Both the position numbers and the translations under genes were made by a program. The notes under the pieces are model-generated. The model ran no database searches and was not told where the DNA came from. It worked only from the letters and a program-made list of their open reading frames with translations. A stretch of DNA of 64,000 bases, taken from the NCBI GenBank assembly GCA_951406725.2, contig OX597832.1:10292001-10356000 (forward strand). The letters run 5' to 3'. Source of the DNA: Octopus vulgaris (taxonomy: Eukaryota). This document shows, piece by piece, positions 14,104 through 27,560 of this stretch (positions are counted from its first letter, which is position 1; each line of letters opens with the position of its first letter).

Positions 14104-14515
14104 CGCAGGAGTGGATGTGTGGTAAGTAGCTTGCTAACCAACCACATGGTTCCGGGTTCAGTCCCACCCGCGTGGCATCTTGGGCAAGTGTCTTCTGCTA
14201 TAGCCCCGGGCCGACCAATGCCTTGTGAGTGGATTTGGTAGACGGAAAATGAAAGAAGCCTGTCGCATATATGTATATATATGTATATATATGTGTGTGT
14301 TTGTGTGTCTTTGTTTGTCCCCCTATCATTGCATGACAACCGATGGTGGTGTATTTACGTCCCCGTAACTTAGCGGTTCGGCAAAAGAGACCGATATAAT
14401 AAGTACTGGGCTTACAAGAATAAGTCTCGGGGTCGATTTTATCGTATAAAGGCGGTCCTCCAGCATGGCCGCTGTCAAATGACTGAAACAAGTAAAAGAG
14501 TTAAAGAGTAAAGAG
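14102..14515 (+). mobile_element. Abundant ~410-bp tRNA-derived SINE (family A) with internal TA/TG microsatellite
   Basis: GGCGCAGGAGTGG..TGTGTGGTAAG..GGTTCAGTCCC head, CORE-like CTTGGGCAAGTGTCTT, tail GACTGAAACAAGTAAAAGAG. At least six further copies in the window. Confidence 0.92.
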
Positions 14516-14950
14516 AGATATATATATGCGTGTGTGTGTGCGCTCACGTAAGTGTGAGCGTTTGTGTATGACATTAAGATCATCAAACTAATCAGCAGAA
14601 ATTCAATAATTTAAGAGGATTTGACAGACTGCCGTATATAAATGTCGCTTGCATTTCATTAACAATTCCCCTCAAGTCTGACAGTTTCTTCGTCAGATGA
14701 AAATTTTGGTTCTATAAGAATTTATAAAAAACCGTCATTTTGATTATCCCAGGAGGGAATTTGAATAAATTCGACCTTGGAAGTATTTCAATTCAGAACA
14801 TTAAATTATATAAGTAAAGAGCGCCATGTACAACCCTACGATTTATTGATTCGCCAAAATGCACACCAGCGTATCAATATTTTACCACGATGGCTACACG
14901 TTTTAATACTTCTACAATTCCTAAAGTCGCAACCAATAATACTGCGATTA

Positions 14951-15001
<51 letters not shown>

Positions 15002-15756
15002 ATCTACTACTGCCACTACTACTTCTATGACTACCACCATTTGTAAGTGGAGACACTTCACCTATCGTTTCCAATATAATATTTTGCGTAGATGCGTTTT
15101 AAAAGTAAGACCATAATATTCCTATTAAGCAGTAATGTTTGCATTTACTACATTTAATGTATATTTTTATTCTAGACAAAGCCTTCATTTTTGCCCTCCA
15201 GTGCCATAACCCGTCAATTCGTTCGAGAAGCGTTTTACGACTTTATAATGATTTCCCAAAGGAATTTTATATGAAACATCACTGTTGTAACTTACCTATA
15301 AAATCCACAATGTAGAACAATGATTTTTTTAGACGAATTAGTAATATACAATTTTCTTTGTGATATAGGTAACGATAAAAAAAAAATTGCAGAAAATGGT
15401 AAACGTACTTCATGCAGCCATTAACTCTACCTGACCTACGACATAGTTTCGTTTAATTTATGAAGGTTGCTTGGATCTTAGTGAGCAAGAAGAGTAATAA
15501 ACGTGTGTGTAATTCATATAAAGTAACAGACTACGTATACGTGTGTCCGTGCATGAATGTCTACTTTATGTGTATACATAAATACATAAATATATATGTG
15601 TGTGTGTGTGTGTGTGCGTGTGCCTGTACCTATTATGTATATATATATATATAAACACACATACACATATGTATATCCATGTATATATATATACATACAT
15701 ATATATATATATTTATATATAGATATCCACATATATACATATATATACACATACAT

Positions 15757-15792
<36 letters not shown>

Positions 15793-16320
15793 GCATATAT
15801 TATATACAGAAATGCACACATATACCTCGATAAGCAGAGACATGTATGCGTCTATTTTAATAAGTATATGCATACATGTATATAAACGTACATGCTCACA
15901 TATGTATGTGTCTACGAGTGTGTATGTATGTTTGGTTGATACTCAAAGCTTGTGGGGTTTCTTTCGATATCTGATAAACGTTTACCAATTTATTAATGGA
16001 AGACATGTATACAGCTATAATTTTTTTTTTTTTTATGAATAAATGTGTGTATATGCGTGTATGACCCAGTCTCGCCGTCTATGTGAATTCGTGTATGTTT
16101 AATTACGTTCACAAGAACAAATAAAATGAGAATTGATTTCCCACACGGGCATAAGGGCAGACGCTTGTGAGAAAAGGAGATATATATTAACTAAAGATTG
16201 AATTTTCTTCCAATATTCGTATAACGTAGCAAACAATGAGTGTGAAGCAGTAACACATATAAAGGCTTCTTGAGTTAAACATTTAATCTAGAACCATATT
16301 ACTTACACACCGTTGAATAA

Positions 16321-16323
<3 letters not shown>

Positions 16324-16357
<34 letters not shown>

Positions 16358-16474
16358 AATGGTAATAATGACAAGTAGGTTGATAACGACGTCGACCACG
16401 ATAACAAATAATAATGATAATAATAAAAATAATGGTAATACTAATAGTACTACTACTACTACTACTACTACTAC

Positions 16475-16517
<43 letters not shown>

Positions 16518-16533
16518 GATAATAATAATAATG

Positions 16534-16565
<32 letters not shown>

Positions 16566-16642
16566 ACGTGTAATAATGACAAGTAGGTTGATAACGACGT
16601 CGACCACGATAATAAATAATAATAATAATGGTAATAATAATG

Positions 16643-16737
<95 letters not shown>

Positions 16738-16770
16738 AAGAAGAAGAAGAAGAAGAAGAAGAAGAAGAAT
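16324..16770. repeat. Compound triplet microsatellite (AAT/ACT/AAG) with a duplicated 43-bp unique insert
   Basis: Direct reading. Identical 43-mer at 16362-16404 and 16570-16612. Confidence 0.9.
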
Positions 16771-17194
16771 ACAAACATAAAACCAAATGTAATAATGATA
16801 ACAATAATGTCATAATTGAAAACAAGTCGATCATGGCACATCACAAATACTTATTGATAGCTCGCAACATGTTATGTGACCGTTGGCATACTTGTAATAA
16901 ATTGGTAGCTCTGAACGAAATTGCATCCATCACCTAATAATAGAGGTCAAAGCCAAATATTCATTTTCCGATAATAAAGCATACTCTAGGATAGGCGTGC
17001 TATAGAAATAATAAAATAAAACCGAGTCTTTACAAGCATAGACAATCTACTGTGCACAAATTTATACGCACCCACACAAAACGCCTATATTTATTCATTT
17101 ATTTATTTATTTGCATGTATACGCATATGTATGGTTACTTGCATGTATATACATGTGAATATATATATATATACATTTATGAGAGTCTGGGTGC

Positions 17195-17262
<68 letters not shown>

Positions 17263-17959
17263 GTGTGTGTTTGTGTATATGTGTATGTGTTCGTGTGTGT
17301 GTATGCGTCTGTGTATATGTATGTGTAGTGTACTCGTCCCTTTTTGGAAAGGAGGTATTCCGGCCAACGAGAGTTAAACATCATTTAATAAACATAGGAG
17401 CTCAATTAAACCCGATGCACTGAGAGTTTAATATTCGTAAGAAATGTTATATGATTGCCATGTACTCTTCCGCAATCCTTGAGTCACAGTAAAAAAAAAA
17501 CCATGCACCCTGAAGAGAAAGAAAAAAAGATTGAATATAACAAAGAAATGAAAAATGAAATGGAAAATATAAACAGGAAAAATCCTGATATTACAACACT
17601 TTAAAAACGTAAAAATACTCGTATTTTCTGTTAATACTGATATTGTGTATGTAGTTAAGAATGTTCTACATGCTATGTAATTCGTTACATGCTAGTATCT
17701 ACCCTTGATATAAGAAAACGAACATTGACAGATAAAATGATCTTAAATCCTAAGGCTAATCACTTAGCTAAATAAAAGAAAATTCATTATATTTTATAAC
17801 GCTTATCTGAAGTGGATGTTTCTAAACTACTACACTTCTAAACAGCTTAACTGACGTTATTATATGGAAAACGACTGGCTCTGGAAGGTGTTCATATGTG
17901 TGCAGGATATCACTTTGATATCATTTTGAGTGCAAGATATCACTATATGCTTGATACCG

Positions 17960-19241
17960 TAATGGGTTTGCAAGAAAGTTATTACATTTTTTTTAAGCGT
18001 GCAATAAATATCACTTTTTTTTCATACAAAGAACGGACTTCAATCAATAATATATTTTTGCTTTTGTTTGATGACCTTTAGCTATTTTTGTGGCAACTTC
18101 ATGTATTCACGCTTATTGAACTTCTGGTTCTTATCAGCCAAAAGCTGAAGCTAGTGCTATTTCAGGTCAATATAGTTATTGAAAGTTTTTTAAATGCAAA
18201 ACATGTTGCAAGCTTAGAAATTAATGGAAACCTGACGGTGCAAGGTCAGGGCTCTATGGTGGATGTGACATCACTTTCCAATCGAGCTCCAATATTTTTA
18301 TTTTCTCGTGGTAACAAATATGCGCATCGTCTAGCGTAGTCATGGTGGAACACGATTCCTGTACGATTTGCTGATTCTGACAGATTTTTTCTTTGATTGC
18401 TTCCTTCGGTTTCATAATTATTGACAGTAAACACCTGAATATATAGTTTGTCTCCTTGGAAACAGTTCCAACTACACAACACCTTTGAAATCTCATCAAA
18501 TTGACAGCATAAATTCTTTTAGTGCAATTCATCTTTCGGTGTGGTGTGTGCTGGTTCATTACGCTTGGACTATGATCAATTTCCATTGATGTTACTGTAG
18601 AGAATCCCTTTTTTCATGACCAACGATGATTCGTTTCAAAAAAGAATTTCATTGTGTTTGAGATGCATATCGCAAATATTGATTCGTTGTGTTGAGTCCC
18701 AATTTACGTGGAATCAAAATATCGACCTCTCTTCACGAGTCCAATAAATTCAAATTATTTTCTGTTGTTGTATGCGATATATTTACCCTTTCTGCAATCT
18801 CTCGCATAGTTATATAATAATAAGATTCAATAATGGCTTTAATTCGGTCATCGTCAACTTCAATAGGTCAACCAGAACGTTGGTCATCTTTGAAGGGAAA
18901 ATCTCCGGAGCTGAAGTTTTTATACCATCTCATAGATGTATCTGGCGTCAAGCAGGCAACACTATGAATTTCACGAATCTTTTTGTGTGTCTCAGCAGCT
19001 TTCTTACCTCTACGGTGATTGAGACCAATATATGTCTAAGATGTTCGCTTATGCACTCCACGTTAAAACGGACACTGGATTAACAGGTGTAAACCCTATT
19101 ACGCGCAATTTACTTCTAAAGTATGCTAAATGTGACGGCTATCAAATGTCAAAAGGAAAAGATCATAACATAGAAAATAGTCATTTAAAAAATCGTAAAT
19201 TTATTTACAAACACCCGAATTACTTTCTTGCCAAAACAATA
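17960..19241 (-). mobile_element. Full-length decayed mariner (Tc1/mariner) transposon
   Basis: TIRs TAATGGGTTTGCAAGAAAGTTATT and reverse complement TATTGTTTTGGCAAGAAAGTAATT; length 1.28 kb. Minus-strand motifs FHHDYARR (HDNARPH) and LELDWKVMSHPP*SPDLAP (YSPDLAP). Stops and frameshifts. Confidence 0.9.
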
Positions 19242-19675
19242 ACTTGAAGATATTTTGTGTACAGGGAATTGTAGTCACAAAAAGGATCTCAAGCAGAAAG
19301 TACATTATGCAGTATGATGCAATTCCATGTAAATCCGAGTATTGCAATCCAAAGACCAGTATCTCTTTCTCACTATCTCTCTCCCTACCTCCCTACCTCC
19401 CTACCTCCCTACCTCCCTACCCCCCCCTCTCTCTCTCTTTCGCGCTCTCATTGGGCTGCACAATGCCTTTCTTTTTCTTTTCCTTTCACTACTAATTATT
19501 ATCACCGTTTCGTCTACCATCATCAGCATCATCACCATCTTTATATCAGTAATATTTAACATCACTAATATTGTCTATTCTATTTAGAGAAACTTCAGGG
19601 CTTATTATCACAAACAGTTTTGCTCTAGCTATTCTACACAAAACAATCAAGATAATTGTGAGTTACTTTTTATTT

Positions 19676-20015
19676 TTTACTCTTTACTTGTTTCAGTCAT
19701 TTGACTGCGGCCATGCTGGAGCACCGCCTTTAGTCGAGCAAATCGAACCCAGGACTTATTCTTTGTAAGCCTAATACTTATTCTATCGGTGTTGGAGGGA
19801 CAAACACAGACACACAAACTTACACACACACATATATATATATACATATATACGACGGGCTTCTTTCGGTTTCCGTCTATCAAATCCACTCACAAGGCTT
19901 TGGTCGGCCCGAGGCTATAGTAGAAGACACTTACCCAAGGTGCCACGCAGTGGGACTGAACCCGGAACCATGTGGTTGGTAAGCAAGCTACTTACCACAC
20001 AGCCACTCCTGCGCC
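19676..20015 (-). mobile_element. SINE family A copy (internal deletion)
   Basis: Reverse complement of the 14102-14515 sequence. Confidence 0.92.
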
Positions 20016-20208
20016 TATGTTATTTTTTTTATTCTCGTAAACCTCTGTGCTAAAGCATAGAAACATATAATACATTTTTTATATTTTTGAAAAATAAAAT
20101 ATATTCAGACAAGTAAAAAAATGCATTAAAATACTGAGTTTTCTTTTGGACATTAAAATAGGATGGAAGCCTTGCAATTTAGAGAGGAAAATAAAATATA
20201 CCACTCAC

Positions 20209-20235
20209 AAGTTTCATCTTGTTCTCTGAAGCCAT
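20209..20235 (-). CDS. Candidate first coding exon (MASENKMKL) of an unidentified host gene
   Basis: ATG preceded by an in-frame stop, 27-nt phase-0 exon ending at a consensus GTGAGT donor, within a unique CpG-richer stretch (about 20200-20600). No homology recognised. Confidence 0.3.
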
Positions 20236-20636
20236 TCGTCTTCTCCGTCAAAAATATCGCGAGGACAGCCGACAATGAGAAAGGTAACAATAGTCCTGCT
20301 GCTAAACGACCGGTACCCCACCACCAACACCGTCACCACCAATGGGATTACCGAAACCAGTAGCAGTGTCAAGAAGAAAAGTACACTTCACTCTAGATGA
20401 CCCATTTATCAAGACAAAGTAACCCGACAATAATAACTAGAATCTCCATTATTGAGATTGAAGAGCGATCGCTGGCACCTCCACAATCATTGAGGAAAAT
20501 TTGTAATTTTTACAAACTTTCAAATTGGAGAAATGCGGAAATTCTAGAAATTTTAGCAAGAAGTCCTTCGTCTGCTGAAAACGAACAGGAGAAAACTATC
20601 AGTTAAAACCAATTAGGCTATTGACAGAAAGAATAT

Positions 20637-21022
20637 GTGGAAACACTCTGTCGGTTACGACGATGAGTGTTCCGGTTGATCCGAATCAACGGAACAGCCT
20701 GCTCGTGAAATTAACGTGTAAGTGGCTGAGCACTCCACAGACACGTGTACTCTTAACGTAGTTCTCGAGGATATTCAGCGTGACACAGAGAGTGGCAAGG
20801 CCGGCCCTTTGAAATACAGGTACAACAGAAACAGGAAGTAAGAGTGAGAGAAAGTTGTGGTGAAAGAGTACAGCAGGATTCACCACCACCTCCTGCCGGA
20901 GGCTCGTGGAGCTTTAGGTGTTTTCGCTCAATAAACACTCACAACGCCCGGTCTGGGAATCGAAACCGCGATCCTACGACCGCGAGTCCGCTGCCCTAAC
21001 CACTAGGCCATTACGCCTCCAC
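20637..21022 (-). mobile_element. tRNA(Arg)-like-headed SINE (octopus OR-type), full length
   Basis: Head GTGGAGGCGTAATGGCCTAGTGGTTAGG..GGTTTCGATTCCC. 14-bp TSD GACA(G/T)AAAGAATAT at 20623-20636 and 21023-21036. Confidence 0.9.
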
Positions 21023-21393
21023 GACATAAAGAATATAATCAACTCCAGAAACTCATATGATAACAAAATTAAGAGTGTACAGTAACAAAGCCTCTTTCAG
21101 GGAAACCTTCAGTATTGGCTCAAGCTGTTGAGAAAACACGGAAACGTAACATATATGTAATCAAAATAAAATGTACGCATTCCCTGGGTTGGAATTTTCT
21201 AACAGAGGAATATAATGTACGATAAAGATGAAACGGAAGTGATAGCAAATATAATTTTCGTGAAAATTAAGTAAGAGACTTGGGAATATGTTCGTCTTTA
21301 ATGAATTATTTGACAATCGATTTAGGCAAATATTCTGTAGCACTTCCAAGAAATCTCTCCCTTTGTTACAGGAGCATAACGTTTTGGAATTAC

Positions 21394-21803
21394 TTACTCT
21401 CTCTTTTACTCTATTACTTGTTTCAGTCATTTGACTGCGGCCATGCTGGAGCACCACCTTTAGTCGAGCAAATCGACCCCGGGACTTACTCTTTGTAAGT
21501 CCAGTACTTATTCTATCGGTCTCTTTTGCCGAACCGCTAAGTGACGGGGACGCAAGCACACCAGCATCGGTGGTCAAGCAATGATAGGGGACCAAACACA
21601 AACACAGACACACACATACATATATATATATACATATATACGACAGGCTTCTTTCAGTTTCCGTCTACCAAATCCACTCACAAGGCATTGGTCGGCCCGG
21701 GGCTATAGTAGAAGACACTTGCCCAAGATGCCACGCAGTGGGACTGAACCCGGAACCATGTGGTTGGTTAGCAAGCTACTTACCACACAGCCACTCCTGC
21801 GCC
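21394..21803 (-). mobile_element. SINE family A copy, full length
   Basis: Reverse complement of the 14102-14515 sequence. Confidence 0.92.
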
Positions 21804-22374
21804 TTACGTGTAAGTTTTGATATTTATCTTCTTTATGCACTTTCTTTATGTAAACACACAACTTAGTGTCCCGGAATCGTCCTCCTTATTGCCAATCCTC
21901 TTGGTGTAATTAAATCATTAGCATTGTAAGAGCGTTTTTAACTATTCCATATGAATATAATAACTATAACTGGAAAACAAAAATTGGCAGTGTTCCAGAT
22001 GTGATTATCTTCTACGCGGCAGTCATTTTAAACTTAAGTATATTTCAGCTGCATCTGCAGATATTAATATCATAACAGAGATAAGCTGGAGATATTTATA
22101 CTGCCGTATGTAGGTTTACTAATTCTAAATCATAGAACATCCTATTCGTCCAGGTAAATTTAAATACTTTAAGAAATAAAATATAATACTAAGACATAAA
22201 TATGAGACAAGGTAATGTAAAAAAAAATGGAAGATCGTGGAAATAACGTTATTTGAATGTGAGTATTCATATACCTACTTACCTACCTACCTACCTACCT
22301 ACATCACATACATACAGATATATATATATATATAGCAATAATAAATATCTGAACGAAATGTAAACAGTAGTAGC

Positions 22375-24345
22375 ATGATATCACGAAGACTGTTTGCCGC
22401 CTAAATGTGTCTGATCCATATGGGACGATGCTACTGTAGTTTATAGTCCCAGGAAGACATCTCCTCCAGCTGGCTAACGATACACTGTCTGTGCTCGAAC
22501 GATATTTGCGAAGGGAAACTATCGTACCCATCCCTAGCTTCACGTGATACACATGGACCCATGTGTATGGGTAGTTACCCGTCATCAGCGTGTGGCAATG
22601 ACTGGCTAGGTTATGAGATGCTATTTCGAATACAAAACACTATGCTTTCTGCAGTGACAAAATGTCACTGACGGGTTACTGTATCAGGTGAGGCTAGATA
22701 TGGGAACGATGATTTTCTTTGGATTGCTTTTTAGACATGTATCCACGTAGAGAAGGCCCGGAGTGTGCTAACTGTATGCCAAATCCTTCAGTGCGGATAG
22801 CTGTGGTTATACATTCACGGAAATGTGGTAATTGCGTAAATCAGGTGTTAGAGATCTTATTTCTGCGACGCCTTTCATTCTTAAGTAGATTCGGTGTGAA
22901 TATTGGGTATCTATTCATGTTCAGTACATCTATGAAGGATGCAGTGTGAGGGATCTGGTCTTCTGTCTCGCTATATTTATTCCTGTTACGCGTAAGTTTA
23001 TTTCTTATGTATATGGTTTCAGCACAAAAGGGAAGGGCTGATCTATAATGCACAAACAGTACTCTTCTGGTAGATTTCTCATAGAAATTGGTGTATATAG
23101 TAACTTCGTTTCTTATTTTAAGTTGGAAGTCTAACAGAGAAAAGGAACCAATTTTACCGGGGTGTTTTGTGGTAATTCGTATATGGTTATCTGTGTTTGA
23201 AAATGTCGTGAATATTTTTTCGGACTCTTCCTCGGATGATATGAAGATAAGTATATCATCTATGTATCGGGTGAAGAAAACACAGGGGCGTCAGTCGTTG
23301 AGAGCTCGAAATACCAGCTGTTTCATATAGATGCTGGCTAGAAGGCCTCAAAGACTGGATCCCATGGGTAAACCTGTTGCTTCTTTTTATGCGTGATGGT
23401 AGACATATATTCTCAACGGTGACTGATACAAATTGATATATGTCTTGTGGAGTCAGGTCATAGCAGTATATGCTGTATGAAATGACGTACTCAGTCTCTG
23501 TGTTGAGCACTGGATGAGCTTATACTGTCGTGTAGAGGGAGAAAATGTCGAGTCTAATGTAATATCTGTTGACTTTAAGTAGATCAGATTTTATTTGATG
23601 TAGTCTTGGTATGAGTTCGTCGGAGCTGCTGACATGTCCAGGAAAAGTAACAATTATAGGCTGGAGGATCTGGGAGAGAAACAAGCAGATTTTATAGATG
23701 TATGCTTCTATACTAGAGAGAACTAGTCTAATCTGCAGATTCACACAGGTTTAGTAGGTTTTGATGAGGTGGTTGTACGTTGGTATTCTGCTGTTCCAGG
23801 TGGGGAGGTTGTGATTATATTTGTTGGGAAGAAGTCTTCTTCTCCAGATATCTGTCCATGTGGTTTTGATGAGACATCTTCAAGATCTTCAATCTTGTTT
23901 GTCACATCTGTATATAAATGGTGCTCAAATGCCTTGTAGCTGTATGTGTCTCTTTGAATTCTTTCCCTTTGTCGGAAGGGAGGTATACAAGGTCCTTCTC
24001 TTGTGTGTTATTTAGGAGGAAGCGTTGTTTTCTGGAGAGGTTAGGGAGTACCTTCTCCTGCTTCAGTAATATGCTAAAAATAGAGTATTTCAGTCCGGAG
24101 AGTTTCAGATTCAGCACTTGTTTGATCGGTACAGGAGAGGGTGTGTGGTCTAAGTGCTCTATAGGAAAAGTTATGTTGTTCATCGTATTGGTAGTGTTTA
24201 TTAAGGAGAACATTTTGAGTTGGTAGGCCGCTCGGAAAAATTTTGTTTTAAGGGTTAGTTTCATCCTGTCATCTAGTCGCTGAGTTAATATATATATTTA
24301 GGGCCAAGGCTAAGAGGTTTAAGTTCCTCGTGTGATAGCGATCCT
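22375..24345 (-). mobile_element. Penelope-like retroelement, decayed RT, endonuclease apparently deleted
   Basis: Minus-strand motifs LVYLPSDKGKEF (PADKG), LDIFSLYTTV (FDVxSLYTNV), GLPMGSSL*GLLASIYM, FTRYIDDILIF, FSLLDFQL, IQLAHSGPSLR. Downstream CTGATGA hairpin at 22569-22588. The 22375-22550 boundary is uncertain. Confidence 0.88.
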
Positions 24346-24376
24346 GTCAAGTCTGTGAATGTTTATGTAAACTCTA

Positions 24377-25390
24377 AATGAACTAATCAAAATAGACTGG
24401 AAACAAGAAAATAATGACAAGATACAGGATGCAGCACTCAGGATCTGACGTAGGAAATAAATCTATATATACAACGTTTCGAATGTGGTGGAAGCTTCAT
24501 AGAATTAGAAAACTATTACAAAATAAGCAGCATTGGATTACAGAAATACCTACTTCAGAAGCTAGGAAAAGTAATACAAATAGGCAAAAAAACGAATAAA
24601 ATAGAAACTGTTTTCTGTCTTTAAGGAAGCTCACAAATAGAAAAAAAAAAGAAGTCATAGTACCTAACTACTATGAATAAAAAGAAGAAACAACAAAAGC
24701 TGTAAAACAACTGAAATCCAAAAAAAAACCGAAACGGCAAAATATGATAAAATAATGGCAAGAAAAGCCTCCTATGCATGGCAAATATTGTGTTAAGCTA
24801 AACGGAAAGGAAAGAGACAAAGAAAAGTCCCAACAATGGCTGAGAAGCTCAGGACTGAAAACAAAGACTGAAGGATCTTAAACTGCAGCAGAAGACCAAA
24901 GCTTTGCTAACAACAGCCACCAAAAACACGTGTTGAAAAGAAATAGAAGTAACATCAGATTATGTGTTGATGAAGAATAAACAATAAATCATATTGTCTC
25001 TGGCTGCCCATTCCTGGCTTATAAGGTATATATTCATAGACAAGACAGAGTTAGCAGCTATATACACTGGAAGCTACGCCAACACTATGGAATAACAACA
25101 GAAAGAAGATGGTGAAGGCACACAGCAGAAGAGGTCACAGAAAATGAGAAATTAACTATATTCTGGGATATGCAAATACACAGTTTGAGAAATGAAGGTC
25201 AAAAGGCCAGTTAAACTTCTGAGATATCACCTAGAGAAAAATACTTTCTAATCGATGTATCAATATAACAAATGCCAGCGTTTATCTAAAAGAAACGGAT
25301 GAATTTTCAAAATGCAAAGACATAAAAATAAAAGTAAGTCCAACGTGGTCCCTAAAACAGGAATAATTCCTGTTATAGTAGTCGCCTTAA
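24377..25390 (+). mobile_element. 5'-truncated, decayed R4/Dong-like LINE, same family as 44368-48129
   Basis: Collinear nucleotide similarity to 46880-47900 (e.g. ATGGCAAGAAAAGCCTCC, GAGAAGCTCAGGACT, AACAATAAATCATATT, CTGGGATATGC). Confidence 0.9.
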
Positions 25391-26028
25391 GACGCGTCTA
25401 CTATCGGAAACGCGAATCATTAAATGTGGATGGATTCCTATACTAGGAGAATTACCTCCTCCAAAATTACTGGTCAAATGCCAAAATTTGAAAAGGATAT
25501 TCTTGTAACTATTGCTATAATATTTGTTTTCTCTAATCAAGATTCCTCTTAAAATCACATTTAATATTTTTCACAGTTCACATGTTTGCATGCCATATTA
25601 TTAGACGATGATAATTTTACTGGACTAAGGTTTTCTATATGTTCAATTTACACTGGGAAGAATGCAGTGGGATATATATTCAGCTCCTATTCCTAATGTA
25701 CATAACAAGTGGGTAAATGCTTGCTCGTACACATCTAATATATTTTCCAATATATTTCCAGGCACTAGAACTCACGAAGCATAATTGTTTCTGTAATATA
25801 CCTACGAGGTAAATTCCTTTTCAAACATACAGAAAATCAGGAAAATAGGTTGGACCACTTCAAATAAATGCGCATTATACTCCCTACACGTACACACACA
25901 AACACACACACAGGAACACACAGACACACACACACTAATATATACGTGTGTGCGTGTAAATATATATATACATACATATGCGTGTATATGTGAGCGTGCT
26001 TATGTGAGTGCGCGGGTATGTATGTGTT

Positions 26029-26072
<44 letters not shown>

Positions 26073-26097
26073 TATATCTATCTATCTATATTTTTAA

Positions 26098-26145
<48 letters not shown>

Positions 26146-26162
26146 CAAATATATTTATATAT

Positions 26163-26232
<70 letters not shown>

Positions 26233-26877
26233 GGGGTTATATCTCTGTAAGTGTATGGAAATATTTGTGTATTCTGCACATTGTGTCTGCGTTTGTACTT
26301 GAGTGTTTTCTAACGTCGCAATATTTATTTATCTATCTTTCGGTCTCCCTCTCTCTCTTCGCTCTATATATTCCAAGTCTCTCTCTCTCTTTATGTTCCT
26401 CGCGGGCACGCGCACCTACGCATATCAAAGTTGAACACCGACGCTATAAGTCGTCAACAACCCTGCGCAACAAACGATGCAACCGCCATAATTGCCCAAC
26501 AAAAGGCTTTTATACAATGCTATCGAAACATTATTATTATCATGAATAAGCTAAGTACCACCAGTTGAAAAATAGTACATGATATAATGAGGTAATCTAG
26601 TGTACTAGTGTAAATGTTATGTGATCTATCTTTGACCCATGGGGTGTAATCATCATCAATATTGCTACTAAAATAGTAACTACAAATATACCAGAGCCAC
26701 CGTCAACAAAAGCAAACCCAATCAAATTCTATCCCTACAGATAACCACTCCATGAAATTTTAATAAGTAACTAGCAACAGCAATATTATCAGTGTCTGTA
26801 TTTCCAAAAGTTGTATGTGAACAGAACGCAGTGCGTGCATGATGTTTGTGTACACTGCTGGATTTTATTGTCTCCAG

Positions 26878-26919
26878 TCCAACGTGCAATGACCGGAATG
26901 ACTATGAAGCTGTTACGTC
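26878..26919 (+). CDS. Candidate 42-nt frame-preserving internal micro-exon
   Basis: Acceptor TTTTATTGTCTCCAG, donor GTAAGC, open in two frames (xQRAMTGMTMKLLR or PTCNDRNDYEAVT), unique flanks. No homology recognised. Confidence 0.3.
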
Positions 26920-27220
26920 GTAAGCAGCATATACATTGAGTTCTTCCTCACACCTCATTTCTTTGCCCGTCTATTTTCTTATGTCAATTCATACATTCAT
27001 TGGAGGAAGAATTAATTTTACCTCTTACAAACACTCATTTTCAGCCATTTTTATTATATATACCTTGTCGATAATTTTTTATCACTGCCGCTTTTAGTCT
27101 TATTTAGTTTATGAGTCCGGAAAGGAACCTATGGAGCGTAACTGAAGTCAGTAGTTGCAAATCTACCGTGAAAGAATATTAAAATAGTAAACTCGATCTT
27201 TTAACATATATGTAGTAATA

Positions 27221-27560
27221 GAGCGCGTGGCTCAGTGGTTAGAGCGTCGAGCTTACGATCGTGAGGTGGTGAGCTCGAATCCCGGACCGGGCTGCGTGTT
27301 GTGTTCTTGAGCAAGACACTTTATTTCACGTTGCTCCAGTTCACTCAGCTGTAGAAATGAGTTGCGACGTCACAGGGGCGAAGCTGTATCGGCCCTTGCC
27401 TTTCCCTTGGGCAACATCGGTGACGTGGAGAGGGGAGGCCGGTATGCATGGGTGACTACTGGTCTTCCATAAAACAACCTTGCCCAGACTTGTGCCTCAG
27501 AGGGTAACTCTCTAGGTGCTAACCCATTGTCAGTGTTTGACCGAAGGGGGTCATTTGTTT
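27221..27560 (+). mobile_element. tRNA-derived CORE-SINE (family B), full length
   Basis: A box TGGCTCAGTGG, B-box-like GCTCGAATCCC, CORE-like TGTGTTCTTGAGCAAGACACTT. 8-bp TSD TAGTAATA at 27213-27220 and 27561-27568. Confidence 0.9.

Noticed and set aside
14678-14698. Minus-strand CTGACGA-A-GAAAC-T-GTC hammerhead-like string
   Set aside because: No stem II between the core boxes; probably chance.
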